The position numbers were made by a program, and so were the translations under genes. A model generated the notes under the pieces. It saw only the letters and a list, made by a program, of their open reading frames with translations. It was not told where the DNA came from and did not search any database. From the IMG/VR virus record IMGVR_UViG_3300027333_000001: DNA of 64,000 nucleotides. The stretch is one strand, 5' to 3'. Origin of the DNA: a virus (lineage: Duplodnaviria; Caudoviricetes). Of the stretch, positions 30,059-39,751 are shown in pieces. Positions within the stretch are counted from its first letter, which is position 1. Each line of letters opens with the position of its first letter.

Positions 30059-30769
30059 ATGAGTGGCTTTTCAACTTTTGAATTAGGTGGCAATTCCACC
30101 ATCCTTTCAGCAAAATCAGCAAGATGGAAACCTCAAAAAGGTAAGTATCGTGTCAGTTTTGTTACTCTCCCCGGCATCGAAAATGGTCATCCTGATCACA
30201 ATGCAAAAGCACCTCTTTTCAAAGGTGGTCGTAGATTGTATCACAAGGATGTTGGTTATTTCATTGATCACGGTCCTGAATATGCAAAACTTGCAGGTGA
30301 ACCATCAAAGGTAGCAATCGCAACAGTGATTGTTTTATGGCCCACAGATGCAAATGGTGTGATTGATATGAATCGCTTAAAGAAAGGTGAATTTGATCCA
30401 AAGTCTTGGATTTTCTCTCTCGATAAGTATCGTCAATTAGAAGCAATTCAAACTGAATTTCCTTTGACACAACATGATATCACTATCACTGTTACTGATC
30501 CACAGTTTCACAAGATGTCATTTGCACCATGTAAAGACAATTTGTTTACTGCGATCAAAGCAAAAGAACCAAATCTTTATGCAAGTGTTGTAGAAGTCGT
30601 TAAAGATATTTACTCAAGATTGCAAGATGATGTTGCACAAGACTTAACTATTGATCAAGTAAGAGAAAAGTTAAGTGGAGCAGGTGGTGCTACAAGTCCT
30701 GTTGCCAAGAGTGGATTTTCAAGTAACTTTAGTGCAGATGATGTTCTAAGCAATGTACTTGATGATTAA
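30059..30769 (+). CDS. Putative phage single-stranded DNA-binding protein (gp32-like)
   Basis: Aromatic-rich beta core, Gly/Ser linker, acidic tail DDVLSNVLDD, strong AAGGAG RBS, replication context. Confidence 0.55.
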   Translation: MSGFSTFELGGNSTILSAKSARWKPQKGKYRVSFVTLPGIENGHPDHNAKAPLFKGGRRLYHKDVGYFIDHGPEYAKLAGEPSKVAIATVIVLWPTDANGVIDMNRLKKGEFDPKSWIFSLDKYRQLEAIQTEFPLTQHDITITVTDPQFHKMSFAPCKDNLFTAIKAKEPNLYASVVEVVKDIYSRLQDDVAQDLTIDQVREKLSGAGGATSPVAKSGFSSNFSADDVLSNVLDD

Positions 30770-30922
30770 AGTCTAGTTTCCTTTTGGTCTTTTAATAGAC
30801 CTTTTGTGTTCGCTAGTTTTTTGTTTGTAAGAAAGCCATGATCTCTCAAAAGATTGTGGCTTTTTTATTTTGTATTTATATTTTTGTCTTTTATTAAACC
30901 TACCGATGATAAAGGACAAAAA

Positions 30923-31429
30923 ATGATTAAGTTTGCCAATAATAATAAAACTGCAAGTATTGATGAAATCTTATCTGTATCTAATCTCACAGATAAAAAA
31001 AGAAAACAAGCTAAAGAATCCGATTTAAGAGATGGTACGATTGTAGTCGCTTATCTTAATAATGGTCTTATTGCACCAAGTGGTTATCCTCAACACGGAA
31101 CTAAAGGTACTATTTATGCAGTAGAAACTATGGCAGGTAAAAAAACTGCTATGGACGGATCTGCTTTTGTTAAATGGAATGGATCAAATAAAATTACTTT
31201 AGCACCTTTAACTCATATTAAAGTAGCTAGTAAAAAGGTTGCCAACCTTGATGACTTCTCTTTCATCTCTAATAATTCTTTATCTCAATTTATTGTAGCT
31301 AAAGCCTCTATGGAAGATGTACTTGTACATAAAGCTACTAAAGATTTATGGTCTTTAAAGGTAGGTGAAGATGGTAGCTTTGATATTGAAAGATTATTTG
31401 ACGATGCTGGTGATCCATTAAAGATTTAA
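30923..31429 (+). CDS. Hypothetical, probable virion protein (start revised to MIKFAN)
   Basis: AAAGGA RBS; KTAS/KVAS motifs shared with other putative virion proteins. Confidence 0.5.
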   Translation: MIKFANNNKTASIDEILSVSNLTDKKRKQAKESDLRDGTIVVAYLNNGLIAPSGYPQHGTKGTIYAVETMAGKKTAMDGSAFVKWNGSNKITLAPLTHIKVASKKVANLDDFSFISNNSLSQFIVAKASMEDVLVHKATKDLWSLKVGEDGSFDIERLFDDAGDPLKI

Positions 31430-31468
31430 TAAATATCTTTTTATTGAACTTAATAAAAGGATATCCGA

Positions 31469-31783
31469 ATGAAATTAGAAGAAATCTTAAAAACACAAAA
31501 CCATATGGCTTTTCTTAAAGTGCATTTAGAAGAACATAAACTTAAAATCTTAATGAGTAATATCAATATTTCACATAACATAAGAACATATAGCTTTGAT
31601 ATAAATACAGATTGGTTTTTTAAGATTGTCTATGCAGATGGTGGAGTTAGAGTAATTACTCTTAAAAATAAAGAAAAAAACTTTGATCTCATTCCTAGAT
31701 TTTTTGGTTTGGATCTCGATGCTAAAAATATTAAAACAATCTGTTCTTATGTAAATCAAATTATTTGTTCTGGCAAACTCTAA
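31469..31783 (+). CDS. Hypothetical protein
   Basis: 104-aa ORF with AAAGGA RBS. Confidence 0.55.
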   Translation: MKLEEILKTQNHMAFLKVHLEEHKLKILMSNINISHNIRTYSFDINTDWFFKIVYADGGVRVITLKNKEKNFDLIPRFFGLDLDAKNIKTICSYVNQIICSGKL

Positions 31784-32174
31784 ATCCTGTTAATAAAAGT
31801 GGATTGCCAATCAGATCATCTTCTAATCTTTCAGAATAGTCGCTTTGAACTTCAAAATGATCTTTATATTGATACCATTCTGATGATGTTAATAATCTAA
31901 TACCATTTGCACTTGTATTCTTTTCATAATACATACCTGTTTCATTTTTCCATGCTTCGTAGACAGGTTGCAAACCATAAACTTCACTTAGCTTATTACA
32001 AAATAAAAGATATTCAGAATTATCAAGAATGTTATGCACAGGTAGAGTATCTTCTTTATAGATAGAATGATTATGTAAAGTACCGAGAACTTGGATAAAC
32101 AAACCTTGTGTGATTAGTTTTTTTGTAATAATGATATTAGGAAAAGTAATAACTTCTATCATAAAGGAACTCAC
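31761..32174 (-). CDS. Degenerate FGE-sulfatase (C-type lectin fold)-like protein
   Basis: FCNKLSEVYGLQPVY, ANGIRLLTSSEW and terminal GFRV resemble FGE/SUMF1 motifs. Confidence 0.55.
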   Translation of the reverse strand: MSSFMIEVITFPNIIITKKLITQGLFIQVLGTLHNHSIYKEDTLPVHNILDNSEYLLFCNKLSEVYGLQPVYEAWKNETGMYYEKNTSANGIRLLTSSEWYQYKDHFEVQSDYSERLEDDLIGNPLLLTGFRVCQNK

Positions 32175-32175
32175 T

Positions 32176-32505
32176 ATGTTTTCAATGGAAATGGGTCGTC
32201 AAATCCTATTGCTTATCCAACAGGGAAAGACAATTAAAGAAGTAGGCGAGATTTTATCTTTACCTGCTAGAACTATACATAGGCATAAAAAGAAATATCA
32301 AGAACTCACAAATATAGATATGTCTATAGAATATAATCAGCATTTATTTGCATACAAGTTATATCTAGCAGGAATGCCTATGAAAGATATAGCTAGATTT
32401 TTAAACTATAAACGATATAACAATGTTTTGTCTATCATCCAAAAATATAAGAAATCTAAGATCAAAATCGATCTTAAAATTCACACAATAGGAATCATAG
32501 AATGA
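32176..32505 (+). CDS. Tandem helix-turn-helix DNA-binding protein
   Basis: QGKTIKEVGEILSLPARTI and AGMPMKDIARFLNY HTH-like segments; AAAGGA RBS at the revised start. Confidence 0.6.
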   Translation: MFSMEMGRQILLLIQQGKTIKEVGEILSLPARTIHRHKKKYQELTNIDMSIEYNQHLFAYKLYLAGMPMKDIARFLNYKRYNNVLSIIQKYKKSKIKIDLKIHTIGIIE

Positions 32506-33140
32506 TCACATTAGGTTTAGATCCATCATTAAGAGCATTTGGTTGGACTTTAATAAATGACAATGCAGAAATTATGGACAAAGGTTTATTAGGCACAGAT
32601 GCTGATATGATCTTTGTAGAAAGATATATGTATTTAAGACAGGAAGTTTTAGCTTTAATACATAATATCAAAACTCAATATCCAAATGAGAACTTAACAA
32701 TGGCAGTGGAATCACCATATTTTAATGACTTGTTTTCTGAAGGTATGTATGGTCTTTTCTTATATGTAAATGAAGCTATTAAGTTAGGCGAAGTAGATGT
32801 TATGTTTTTATCACCATTACAGGTAAAGGCTCATGCACATAAATATTTAGGTAGACCAAAAGGCTGGAAAATGCAAAAATCAGATATGGTTTTAGCCTGT
32901 AAAAAAGCAAATCCAAATGTTAAGAAACTTAATAACCACCAAGCAGATGCCTATTGGGTAGCTAGAACAGGACAAAGGTTTTGGAAATTTGTAAATGAGA
33001 TTATTACAGATGCAGATTTAGATGATGTAGAGAAAAGTCAGTTTGCTAGATTAGATTTAAATAAAGCAGGACAGGTAAAAAGCAAAGGCATCATGTATAA
33101 AGAAGATGATCGTTTTTTTAGGTGGTCTTTAAAAAGTTAA
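32502..33140 (+). CDS. ruvC: RuvC-like Holliday junction resolvase
   Basis: LGLDPSLRAFGW, AVESP, HQADA acidic catalytic pattern. Confidence 0.75.
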   Translation: MITLGLDPSLRAFGWTLINDNAEIMDKGLLGTDADMIFVERYMYLRQEVLALIHNIKTQYPNENLTMAVESPYFNDLFSEGMYGLFLYVNEAIKLGEVDVMFLSPLQVKAHAHKYLGRPKGWKMQKSDMVLACKKANPNVKKLNNHQADAYWVARTGQRFWKFVNEIITDADLDDVEKSQFARLDLNKAGQVKSKGIMYKEDDRFFRWSLKS

Positions 33141-33196
33141 TAAATTATTTATCTAATATTCTTTTGTAGATTTTCTTTCTACAAAGGACTAAAAAA

Positions 33197-34090
33197 ATGT
33201 TAAAGTCACAACAATTAAATGCTTTAGTAAAAGCATCCTATGTTCATCCACAAGGACATAAATTAAGAAAAGCCTGTTATAACTACATGATGCTCTCTTC
33301 AAGAAGAGCAAATGCAGGTATGACATTTGAAGAAATGTTGCCAATGATTCAAGAATTGCCATTAGAGCAACAAGCACAGATCAAAGAAAGTATTATTAAA
33401 GCAAGTCTTAAACTTGATGTAGATAAGATCACTAATTATGTCAAAGCACATGGTGGCAATACTGTAGCAAATTTCTTTCAAAGTGAAGATATTTCTATGA
33501 AAGAAATTTTAACTACCAAAGTACCTGATGCAATTGCATCAGGTTTGAAAACACTAACAAAGTCTTTATTAAAGACTTTGGTTTTTTGTGTAGATGCTAT
33601 TACTTTAAGAAATAGTGATACATATCTTGAAGAAATGGATGAGAAATACGATTTGCATTTATCCTATAATTATGAGCATAAGGCATTGGTCTTTTTGCCA
33701 AGATTATTAGTTCTATTTGCTTTTGCATTATTTATGAAAAATGTTGCTAATGGTACATCATCTGTGTTTGAATTTTTAGATACCTATGGTCAATATGCAG
33801 GTGCAGTATTTACACCTACATTTGTCTTATCAGCATTATATGCTTCTTTCAATCCTAGAAGTGCAATGAAATTTTTAGATAGGATGTATAGTGCTATCTC
33901 TACACCTTTAACTACATCATGGGATATTATTTCACATTTCTATGAAAATCTAGGTGTAGAATCGGGTATTTCTTGGATTTCAAGTAAACTAAAAAACATT
34001 TGGAATACTATTATTGGCGAAACTTCAGAAGATATGTTCGCCAATGCACAATTTAAAACAGCATATCTACAAGCATTAAAATCTTATTAA
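33197..34090 (+). CDS. Hypothetical protein with predicted transmembrane segments
   Basis: Hydrophobic stretches ALVFLPRLLVLFAFALFM and AGAVFTPTFVLSALYA. Confidence 0.55.
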   Translation: MLKSQQLNALVKASYVHPQGHKLRKACYNYMMLSSRRANAGMTFEEMLPMIQELPLEQQAQIKESIIKASLKLDVDKITNYVKAHGGNTVANFFQSEDISMKEILTTKVPDAIASGLKTLTKSLLKTLVFCVDAITLRNSDTYLEEMDEKYDLHLSYNYEHKALVFLPRLLVLFAFALFMKNVANGTSSVFEFLDTYGQYAGAVFTPTFVLSALYASFNPRSAMKFLDRMYSAISTPLTTSWDIISHFYENLGVESGISWISSKLKNIWNTIIGETSEDMFANAQFKTAYLQALKSY

Positions 34091-34094
34091 AAAT

Positions 34095-34123
34095 TTGCCA
34101 ATTCCTTATTAAAATCCTATAAG
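34095..34123 (+). promoter_or_regulatory. sigma70-like promoter of recA
   Basis: TTGCCA-N17-TATAAG. Confidence 0.6.
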
Positions 34124-34158
34124 ATGAGATACCTTTCAAGTCCATAGGAGTTATCAAT

Positions 34159-35385
34159 ATGGCAAAAGCTAACCTTTCCAAAATCGCAGGTGTTTTAAAA
34201 GCATCTCTTAAAGAAGATTTTGTAGTTCAACTTGACGATTCTAAAGTCAATTCCACAACACCCCATGTTTCCACAGGATCAATCGCTTTAGATTATCTTA
34301 TTGGTGGCAAAGAAAATGAAAGAGGTGTTAAACCATGCCCCGGACTTCCTAGAGGTCGTATTACTAATATCTATGGCAATGCAGGTGCAGGTAAAACTAC
34401 TATTGCATTACAAACTGCCGCCCAAGTTTGCCAAGCTGGTGGTACTGTTCTTTACATCGATTGGGAAAATGAAGTAGAACCTAAATATGCTCAAGCATTA
34501 GGTGTACCTGTCACTGATAAAGATAAATTCATGCTCGTTCAACCTGATACTCTTGAAACAGGTTTAAAGTACATGGCTATGTTTGCAAGAGAAGGTGTTG
34601 ATCTTATTGTGATTGACAGTGTTGGCGCCGCAGTTCCACAAGCTATGTTTGAAAAACAAGATGGTGAAACACAAATGGCAGTTGGTGCTAATGCTCGTGT
34701 ATGGTCTGTTTATCTTCCTAAACTAAAAAATATCATTGCAAAGCATAATACCTGTGTGATTGGTATTTCTCAATTAAGAGAAGCTATTGGTGGCATGACA
34801 TCCTTTGCGGGTCCAAAAACTACACCACAAGGTGGTAAAGCATGGCAGTATTACTCAACCTTGCAAATCAAATTATCTGTTGTTCAAAAAGAAAAAGGCA
34901 AACTTTGGGATGGTCTACAAGGTAAGATGATTGAAACTGTAACAGGTGCAGTAGTAAGGGCACATTTAGATAAATGTAAAGTATCTGATAGTGTTCACCA
35001 TGAAGTAGATTTCTTCTTAATGAGTGGCAAAGGTGTAGATAATGAAAGAACTATTATTGATCTAGCTATTAATAGTGGTGTGATCAGTAAAAAAGGTGCT
35101 TGGTTCTCATGGCAATCACCAACAGGTGAATTAAGATCTCAAGGTCTTGCAGGTTTTAAAGAACAATTACAAGCTATGGATGGTGGTCTAGTCGCTTTGT
35201 TTACTCAAGTTAAACCTTTCATCTCTCAAAATAAAGATGGTGGTGTTGCTCCAGCAGATGCAACAGCAACTGCATCAGAAGAAAAAGCACCAGCTAAAAA
35301 TAGCAAGCTAGATAAAATGGCAAGTGCTAACCTTGATGATATGTTTGGTGATGATGATGAAGAATTTTTTGATGATGAAGAATAA
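34159..35385 (+). CDS. recA: RecA recombinase
   Basis: GLPRGRITNIYGNAGAGKTT, LIVIDSVGA, SQLRE, TTPQGGKAWQYY, KKGAWFS; acidic tail. Confidence 0.95.
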   Translation: MAKANLSKIAGVLKASLKEDFVVQLDDSKVNSTTPHVSTGSIALDYLIGGKENERGVKPCPGLPRGRITNIYGNAGAGKTTIALQTAAQVCQAGGTVLYIDWENEVEPKYAQALGVPVTDKDKFMLVQPDTLETGLKYMAMFAREGVDLIVIDSVGAAVPQAMFEKQDGETQMAVGANARVWSVYLPKLKNIIAKHNTCVIGISQLREAIGGMTSFAGPKTTPQGGKAWQYYSTLQIKLSVVQKEKGKLWDGLQGKMIETVTGAVVRAHLDKCKVSDSVHHEVDFFLMSGKGVDNERTIIDLAINSGVISKKGAWFSWQSPTGELRSQGLAGFKEQLQAMDGGLVALFTQVKPFISQNKDGGVAPADATATASEEKAPAKNSKLDKMASANLDDMFGDDDEEFFDDEE

Positions 35386-35446
35386 ATAAATGAGATAAAA
35401 CTTGCTCAATATCTTATAATATAAAACAATCATAAGAGCAGGTTTA

Positions 35447-36847
35447 TTGAAAATGAAAATAAAAGTAGAGAACTTTCAATCTATAAGTAAAGCAGAAATA
35501 GAAGTAAAAGGTCTAACTGTAATCACAGGTCAAAATAATACAGGTAAATCTGCTTTAGCTAGATCAATCATAGGTGCATTTACAAATTTAAGAGGAAATG
35601 CTTTTGTTAGACAAGGTACTCAAGTTGCTAAAGTAGATATATCCTTTGATGATGGTAATCGTCTTATTTGGTCTAAAGGTAAAAATACAAACCAATATGA
35701 GATCAATAGTAAACTCATTCAGAAAGTAGGCAGTGATACACCTGATGAAGTTTTAAATTTAGGTGTTAAAGCAGTCAATGTAGATGGCAAAGAAATTCAT
35801 CCACAATTTGCTAAACAATTTCAACAAGTGTTTTTAATAGATTTGCCACCATCATCATTAGCAAGTGCCTTATCCGATGTAGATGTTATTCAAAAGCTAG
35901 AACAAGCTACTGCTAGTTTAAGAACAGATATAAAAAATCAAAACTCTTTAAACAATGCGAAAAGAGATGAATATAATAAAGAGAAGATTAAGCTAGAACA
36001 ATTTGAAGGACTAGATGAACTTGAATTACAAGCACAGCGAATAGAATTATTAGAAACACAAATAGAGGCAGTGGCAACCAAGTTATCCGTCTTGCAGGAA
36101 ATTAAGATTAAGAAAGATAAGCTAGAAAAGATAGTCTTAATACTTAATGATTTATTACATATCTTATTCACAAAAGACAGTGAAGAGATTTTAGTATTAG
36201 ATGAGAAGATCCGAACAGCGAATGGAATTAAAGTTAAGAGAGATGTTTTAGAAAACATATTAGATTTAAAATGTGATTTAGATGAGATTTCATTTTGTGA
36301 ATTGAATGTAGACCTTATGCAGATGGCAAACCAATTAAAAGATATGGTCAAAATCTCAAAGGTAAAAAATGTTTTAACGAAAGTGTTGGATTTAGAAAAT
36401 GATTTGGTAAATACAGGTTTAACAAATATAAGCATAGAACAAGTCATAGATAGGTTATCCGTGCTTGAATCTAATCAAAGACAAAGAAAGGTCTTAAAAG
36501 AAATGTTAAACAATCAATCCGATTTAAACTCAATTTTCTTTAGTGATTTTGATCTGAACCTAGTGGATCATTTAGAAAACTTAGTATCTTTAAGAAAGCA
36601 AAGAACAAAGGTAAAGTTATTGACTTCTATTTTAGAAGTAGGTTTAAAGAATATTCATATTAGTGATATGCCAGCATTAGACGATTCTTTATTTGAGATC
36701 AAAAAACAAAAGGAAATGTTATTTAAAGATATTCAAAATATAAATGAAGATTTGATAAGTGTTTCAGAGGAATTAGAAAATTTAAATGAACAGATAGGTG
36801 ATACCTGTCCATTATGCCAAAGTGGTTTACATGATCATTTGGCTTAA
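35447..36847 (+). CDS. sbcC: SbcC/Rad50-like ATPase, N-terminal half (Walker A to zinc hook)
   Basis: VENFQSI, ITGQNNTGKSAL Walker A, coiled coil, terminal CPLC hook; no Walker B. Confidence 0.8.
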   Translation: MKMKIKVENFQSISKAEIEVKGLTVITGQNNTGKSALARSIIGAFTNLRGNAFVRQGTQVAKVDISFDDGNRLIWSKGKNTNQYEINSKLIQKVGSDTPDEVLNLGVKAVNVDGKEIHPQFAKQFQQVFLIDLPPSSLASALSDVDVIQKLEQATASLRTDIKNQNSLNNAKRDEYNKEKIKLEQFEGLDELELQAQRIELLETQIEAVATKLSVLQEIKIKKDKLEKIVLILNDLLHILFTKDSEEILVLDEKIRTANGIKVKRDVLENILDLKCDLDEISFCELNVDLMQMANQLKDMVKISKVKNVLTKVLDLENDLVNTGLTNISIEQVIDRLSVLESNQRQRKVLKEMLNNQSDLNSIFFSDFDLNLVDHLENLVSLRKQRTKVKLLTSILEVGLKNIHISDMPALDDSLFEIKKQKEMLFKDIQNINEDLISVSEELENLNEQIGDTCPLCQSGLHDHLA

Positions 36848-37049
36848 TATAAATTGTAATGATGTGCGAGGAAATGCACAGGATTTATTTTTACAGAGTA
36901 CGATATATCAAACAAAAAACACAGGACCGCATGGCATAAATTTAATGCACAATCCTAGAAATGCTATTTCTTTATATATGAGTAAAGCATTGATTAAATC
37001 ACAGTGGATAAATACGAATGATGTCTATATAGGTATAAAAACTATTTAA
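36831..37049 (+). CDS. Small hypothetical protein
   Basis: ATG overlaps the end of sbcC-N; ends at the convergent hsdS stop. Confidence 0.35.
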   Translation: MIIWLNINCNDVRGNAQDLFLQSTIYQTKNTGPHGINLMHNPRNAISLYMSKALIKSQWINTNDVYIGIKTI

Positions 37050-37620
37050 ATAAGTGTTTCATAAGGGATTTTTTAAGTTCTTTATATTTTTCTAATTTTT
37101 CTTTTGTCTGCTCAATAAGATTATCTAGATCAGATAAGCAAGTGGCTATTTTATGCTGTTCTTGAAAGATAGGTGTTTGAATCGCTATTATACTAACATC
37201 TTTTTTTTGAAGATTTGGTATCCCCGTACCTACTTTTCTTGACATAATATCTTTTTCGATATGCTTCAAAAATTGAAAAAGGTATTGAGTGTCAATATTT
37301 GATTTAATATTTAATAGTGTATAGCAATGACCACCTGCCCAAAAATCTTCTCTCATAAGATTTACAAATCCTGTAGATGCACCACCTTCACTAATCGTAA
37401 TCGTATTAGCTGGTGTGTTATAAGAATGGTAGTAACCTGATGGTTCTACACCACCATTTATAAATTTATATCTATTTACTATGCTTTGTTTTTCAAATAA
37501 CTTTGTTTTATTGATTTGATCGCCTTTGATAATACTTCCAACATCACCAAGTTTCTTCTCTTCCCAATCAGGAAAATTACTACCATCATTCCTCTTAAAC
37601 CTTAATGTCATATTACTCAA
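37042..37620 (-). CDS. hsdS: Type I R-M specificity subunit, half size (single TRD)
   Basis: LRFK..FPDWEEKKLGDV, GTGIPNLQKKD, PIFQEQHKIATCLSDLDNLI conserved region, KKSLMKHLF; only 192 aa. Confidence 0.88.
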   Translation of the reverse strand: MSNMTLRFKRNDGSNFPDWEEKKLGDVGSIIKGDQINKTKLFEKQSIVNRYKFINGGVEPSGYYHSYNTPANTITISEGGASTGFVNLMREDFWAGGHCYTLLNIKSNIDTQYLFQFLKHIEKDIMSRKVGTGIPNLQKKDVSIIAIQTPIFQEQHKIATCLSDLDNLIEQTKEKLEKYKELKKSLMKHLFK

Positions 37621-39077
37621 TCCTCTAAAAGAATATCTAAACCTAATTCTACAAGATGTTCATTCACTTTACTTGTTAAAATCTTTAAGTCTTTATTGAT
37701 CTGATTGATCTGTTTTAAAGTATCTACTAAATCAATCTCTTCTTCTTCCTCAATATTACTTATATACCTTGAGATATTTAGATTAAAATCATTATTTTTA
37801 ATCTCATCTAAACTAGCCAAATGAGAATATTTAGCTATCTCTTTTCTTCCTGCATAAGTGTCTATGATTTTTTCTATATGCTGATCAGTGATAAGATTGG
37901 TTTTCTTTTCTTTAATGAAATCATTAGATCCATCTATGAAAAGAATATCTGTATTTTGCCTATTCTTTTTTAAGACTAAAACACAAGTACCAATACTTGT
38001 ATTTGTAAAGAGATTTTCAGGTAATCCTATAATAGCATCTACCAAATTCTCTTCTATTAAATGCTTTCTGATCTTTTCTTCACTAGCACCACGAAATAAA
38101 ACACCATGTGGCAAAAGCACAGCTGAAATACCATCATCTGAAAGGTGGTGTGCTGAATGCTGGACAAAAGCAAAATCTGCTTTTGTTTTAGGTGCTAATA
38201 GACCACCAAATCTAATATCATTATTAGGAGTCCATGATAAACTATATGGTGGATTAGCAACGATTGCATCAAACTTTAAATTTAAATGTAAAGGTTGCTT
38301 TAAAGTATCACCATGCTTAATATCAAAATTATTTAAATGAACATTGTGCATAACCATGTTCATTCTACATAGGTTATATGTAGTCTTCATAATTTCTTGA
38401 CCATAGAAATTATCCACAGGTATCTCTTTGGCAACATTTAAAAGTAAAGAACCTGATCCACAGCTTGGATCATATACATTTCTTAAAGATGTCTTATTTA
38501 AACAAACAATTTTAGATAAGACTTTGGAAACTTGTTGTGGTGTGTAGAACTCACCAAAATTTCCACCATTAAAATACTCATAGACATCACCTAAAATATC
38601 TTTTTCACCTGTCAATGATGGCATCTTATTCAAGTTATTTAAGATATGTAAAAGATCACTTTTACCAAGAGATGAGAGATTGATATTCTCAAATAAAGAA
38701 CTGTCTATTTCTTTAAACACATTCTTTAAATCATCTACAATGTCTAAACCTTTATTTGCTTTTTCTACTAGAAAGCTAAATAAGAGATCTTCATTTAAGA
38801 AGAAACCTAAATCTTTAAAAGCATCTTCTTTAGATGAGTATGTCACCATCTTTTCAGAAATATGTTTATAGAAGATAAAAGCTAAAATGAAATCTCTAAA
38901 TTCCATATCAGATAATGAACCTCTAATAGAATATGCAATATCTAATAGCTTTTCTACTTTGATTTCTTCTGCATTAGATAATGCTGATTTAGTAGCAGGT
39001 TTAGATAATGCAGGTGTTTCAGATTTAACTTCTAGTGTTTCATCTTCAAATAGAGAAACTTGTTTCATGTTTTTCAA
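37617..39077 (-). CDS. hsdM: Type I R-M N6-adenine methyltransferase
   Basis: GEFYTPQQVS, VYDPSCGSGSLL, ANPPYS, VLLPHGVLFRG, FNLNISRYI. Confidence 0.95.
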   Translation of the reverse strand: MKNMKQVSLFEDETLEVKSETPALSKPATKSALSNAEEIKVEKLLDIAYSIRGSLSDMEFRDFILAFIFYKHISEKMVTYSSKEDAFKDLGFFLNEDLLFSFLVEKANKGLDIVDDLKNVFKEIDSSLFENINLSSLGKSDLLHILNNLNKMPSLTGEKDILGDVYEYFNGGNFGEFYTPQQVSKVLSKIVCLNKTSLRNVYDPSCGSGSLLLNVAKEIPVDNFYGQEIMKTTYNLCRMNMVMHNVHLNNFDIKHGDTLKQPLHLNLKFDAIVANPPYSLSWTPNNDIRFGGLLAPKTKADFAFVQHSAHHLSDDGISAVLLPHGVLFRGASEEKIRKHLIEENLVDAIIGLPENLFTNTSIGTCVLVLKKNRQNTDILFIDGSNDFIKEKKTNLITDQHIEKIIDTYAGRKEIAKYSHLASLDEIKNNDFNLNISRYISNIEEEEEIDLVDTLKQINQINKDLKILTSKVNEHLVELGLDILLED

Positions 39078-39103
39078 TCCTTTTCTTTTTCTTTTTATAA
39101 ATC

Positions 39104-39355
39104 TTACAAAGACATATACTGTTTTACAGTGTTAAGAATATCATTATAATCATCATCTAAGGTATATTGACCAAAAAATATCTCATCTTCATCTATATCT
39201 TCATCTTGTGTGAAAATGAATATTTTCAATAAGTTCTGATGCTTGCTAAATTCAATATCTGCATGAGTATTTTTTCCAAATACTTCAAAACAATTTGGAT
39301 GAATATCTACAACTTCAAAGTCTGCTGATAAATCATAAAATAGTTTGTCAATCAT
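39104..39355 (-). CDS. Hypothetical protein
   Basis: 83-aa ORF with AAAGGA RBS. Confidence 0.55.
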   Translation of the reverse strand: MIDKLFYDLSADFEVVDIHPNCFEVFGKNTHADIEFSKHQNLLKIFIFTQDEDIDEDEIFFGQYTLDDDYNDILNTVKQYMSL

Positions 39356-39430
39356 TTTGAGTTTTCCTTTTTTGTGTTAAGTAGTAATAAACATAACTGT
39401 TGAGTAGTGATTTCTTTACTAGACATTTTT

Positions 39431-39622
39431 TTAATCTTTAACTTTGAGAGTGAAAACACCTTGTCCTGTGACAACATCAATCTCAACAAAGTGACTTAAA
39501 AGGTGTAGTGCATCAATCACTTCTTCATCATCAGAATTGTTTTCAACAAAAGACAACAAGGTGTCTTCACAGATCAAAGTGTCCTTATCGAACATTTGAA
39601 TAATGGTATTTTGACTAAGCAT
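39431..39622 (-). CDS. Hypothetical protein (start revised to MLSQ)
   Basis: AAAGGA RBS; downstream of motif copy 4. Confidence 0.5.
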   Translation of the reverse strand: MLSQNTIIQMFDKDTLICEDTLLSFVENNSDDEEVIDALHLLSHFVEIDVVTGQGVFTLKVKD

Positions 39623-39668
39623 TTTGCTTTGTCCTTTCTGATTTATTTCAATCATTCATTTATATGTA

Positions 39669-39719
39669 TAAACACTTGTTCTAAAGAATAATTGCAAGTC
39701 CACTTAAAAATCTTATAAG
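39669..39719. promoter_or_regulatory. Divergent promoters sharing one palindromic TTGCAA: motif copy 4 (minus) and TTGCAA-N16-TATAAG (plus)
   Basis: Minus: TTGCAA(39697-39692)-N17-TGTTTA; plus: TTGCAA(39692)-N16-TATAAG(39714) before sbcD. Confidence 0.55.
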
Positions 39720-39751
39720 TATTTTTGATAAACATAAAGGATTGAAAACCT

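Noticed and set aside
31761-32174. Diversity-generating retroelement suggested by the CLec/FGE fold
   Set aside because: No reverse transcriptase and no template/variable repeat pair differing at adenines was seen in this window.
33163-33187. Hairpin TTTGTAGA/TCTACAAA overlapping the RBS of 33197
   Set aside because: An 8-bp AT-rich stem is within chance expectation; it could be late-gene translational control, but support is insufficient.
20454-35385. Inteins or introns in nrdA, nrdB, recD or recA (common insertion targets)
   Set aside because: All are of normal length and uninterrupted, with no splicing motifs seen.
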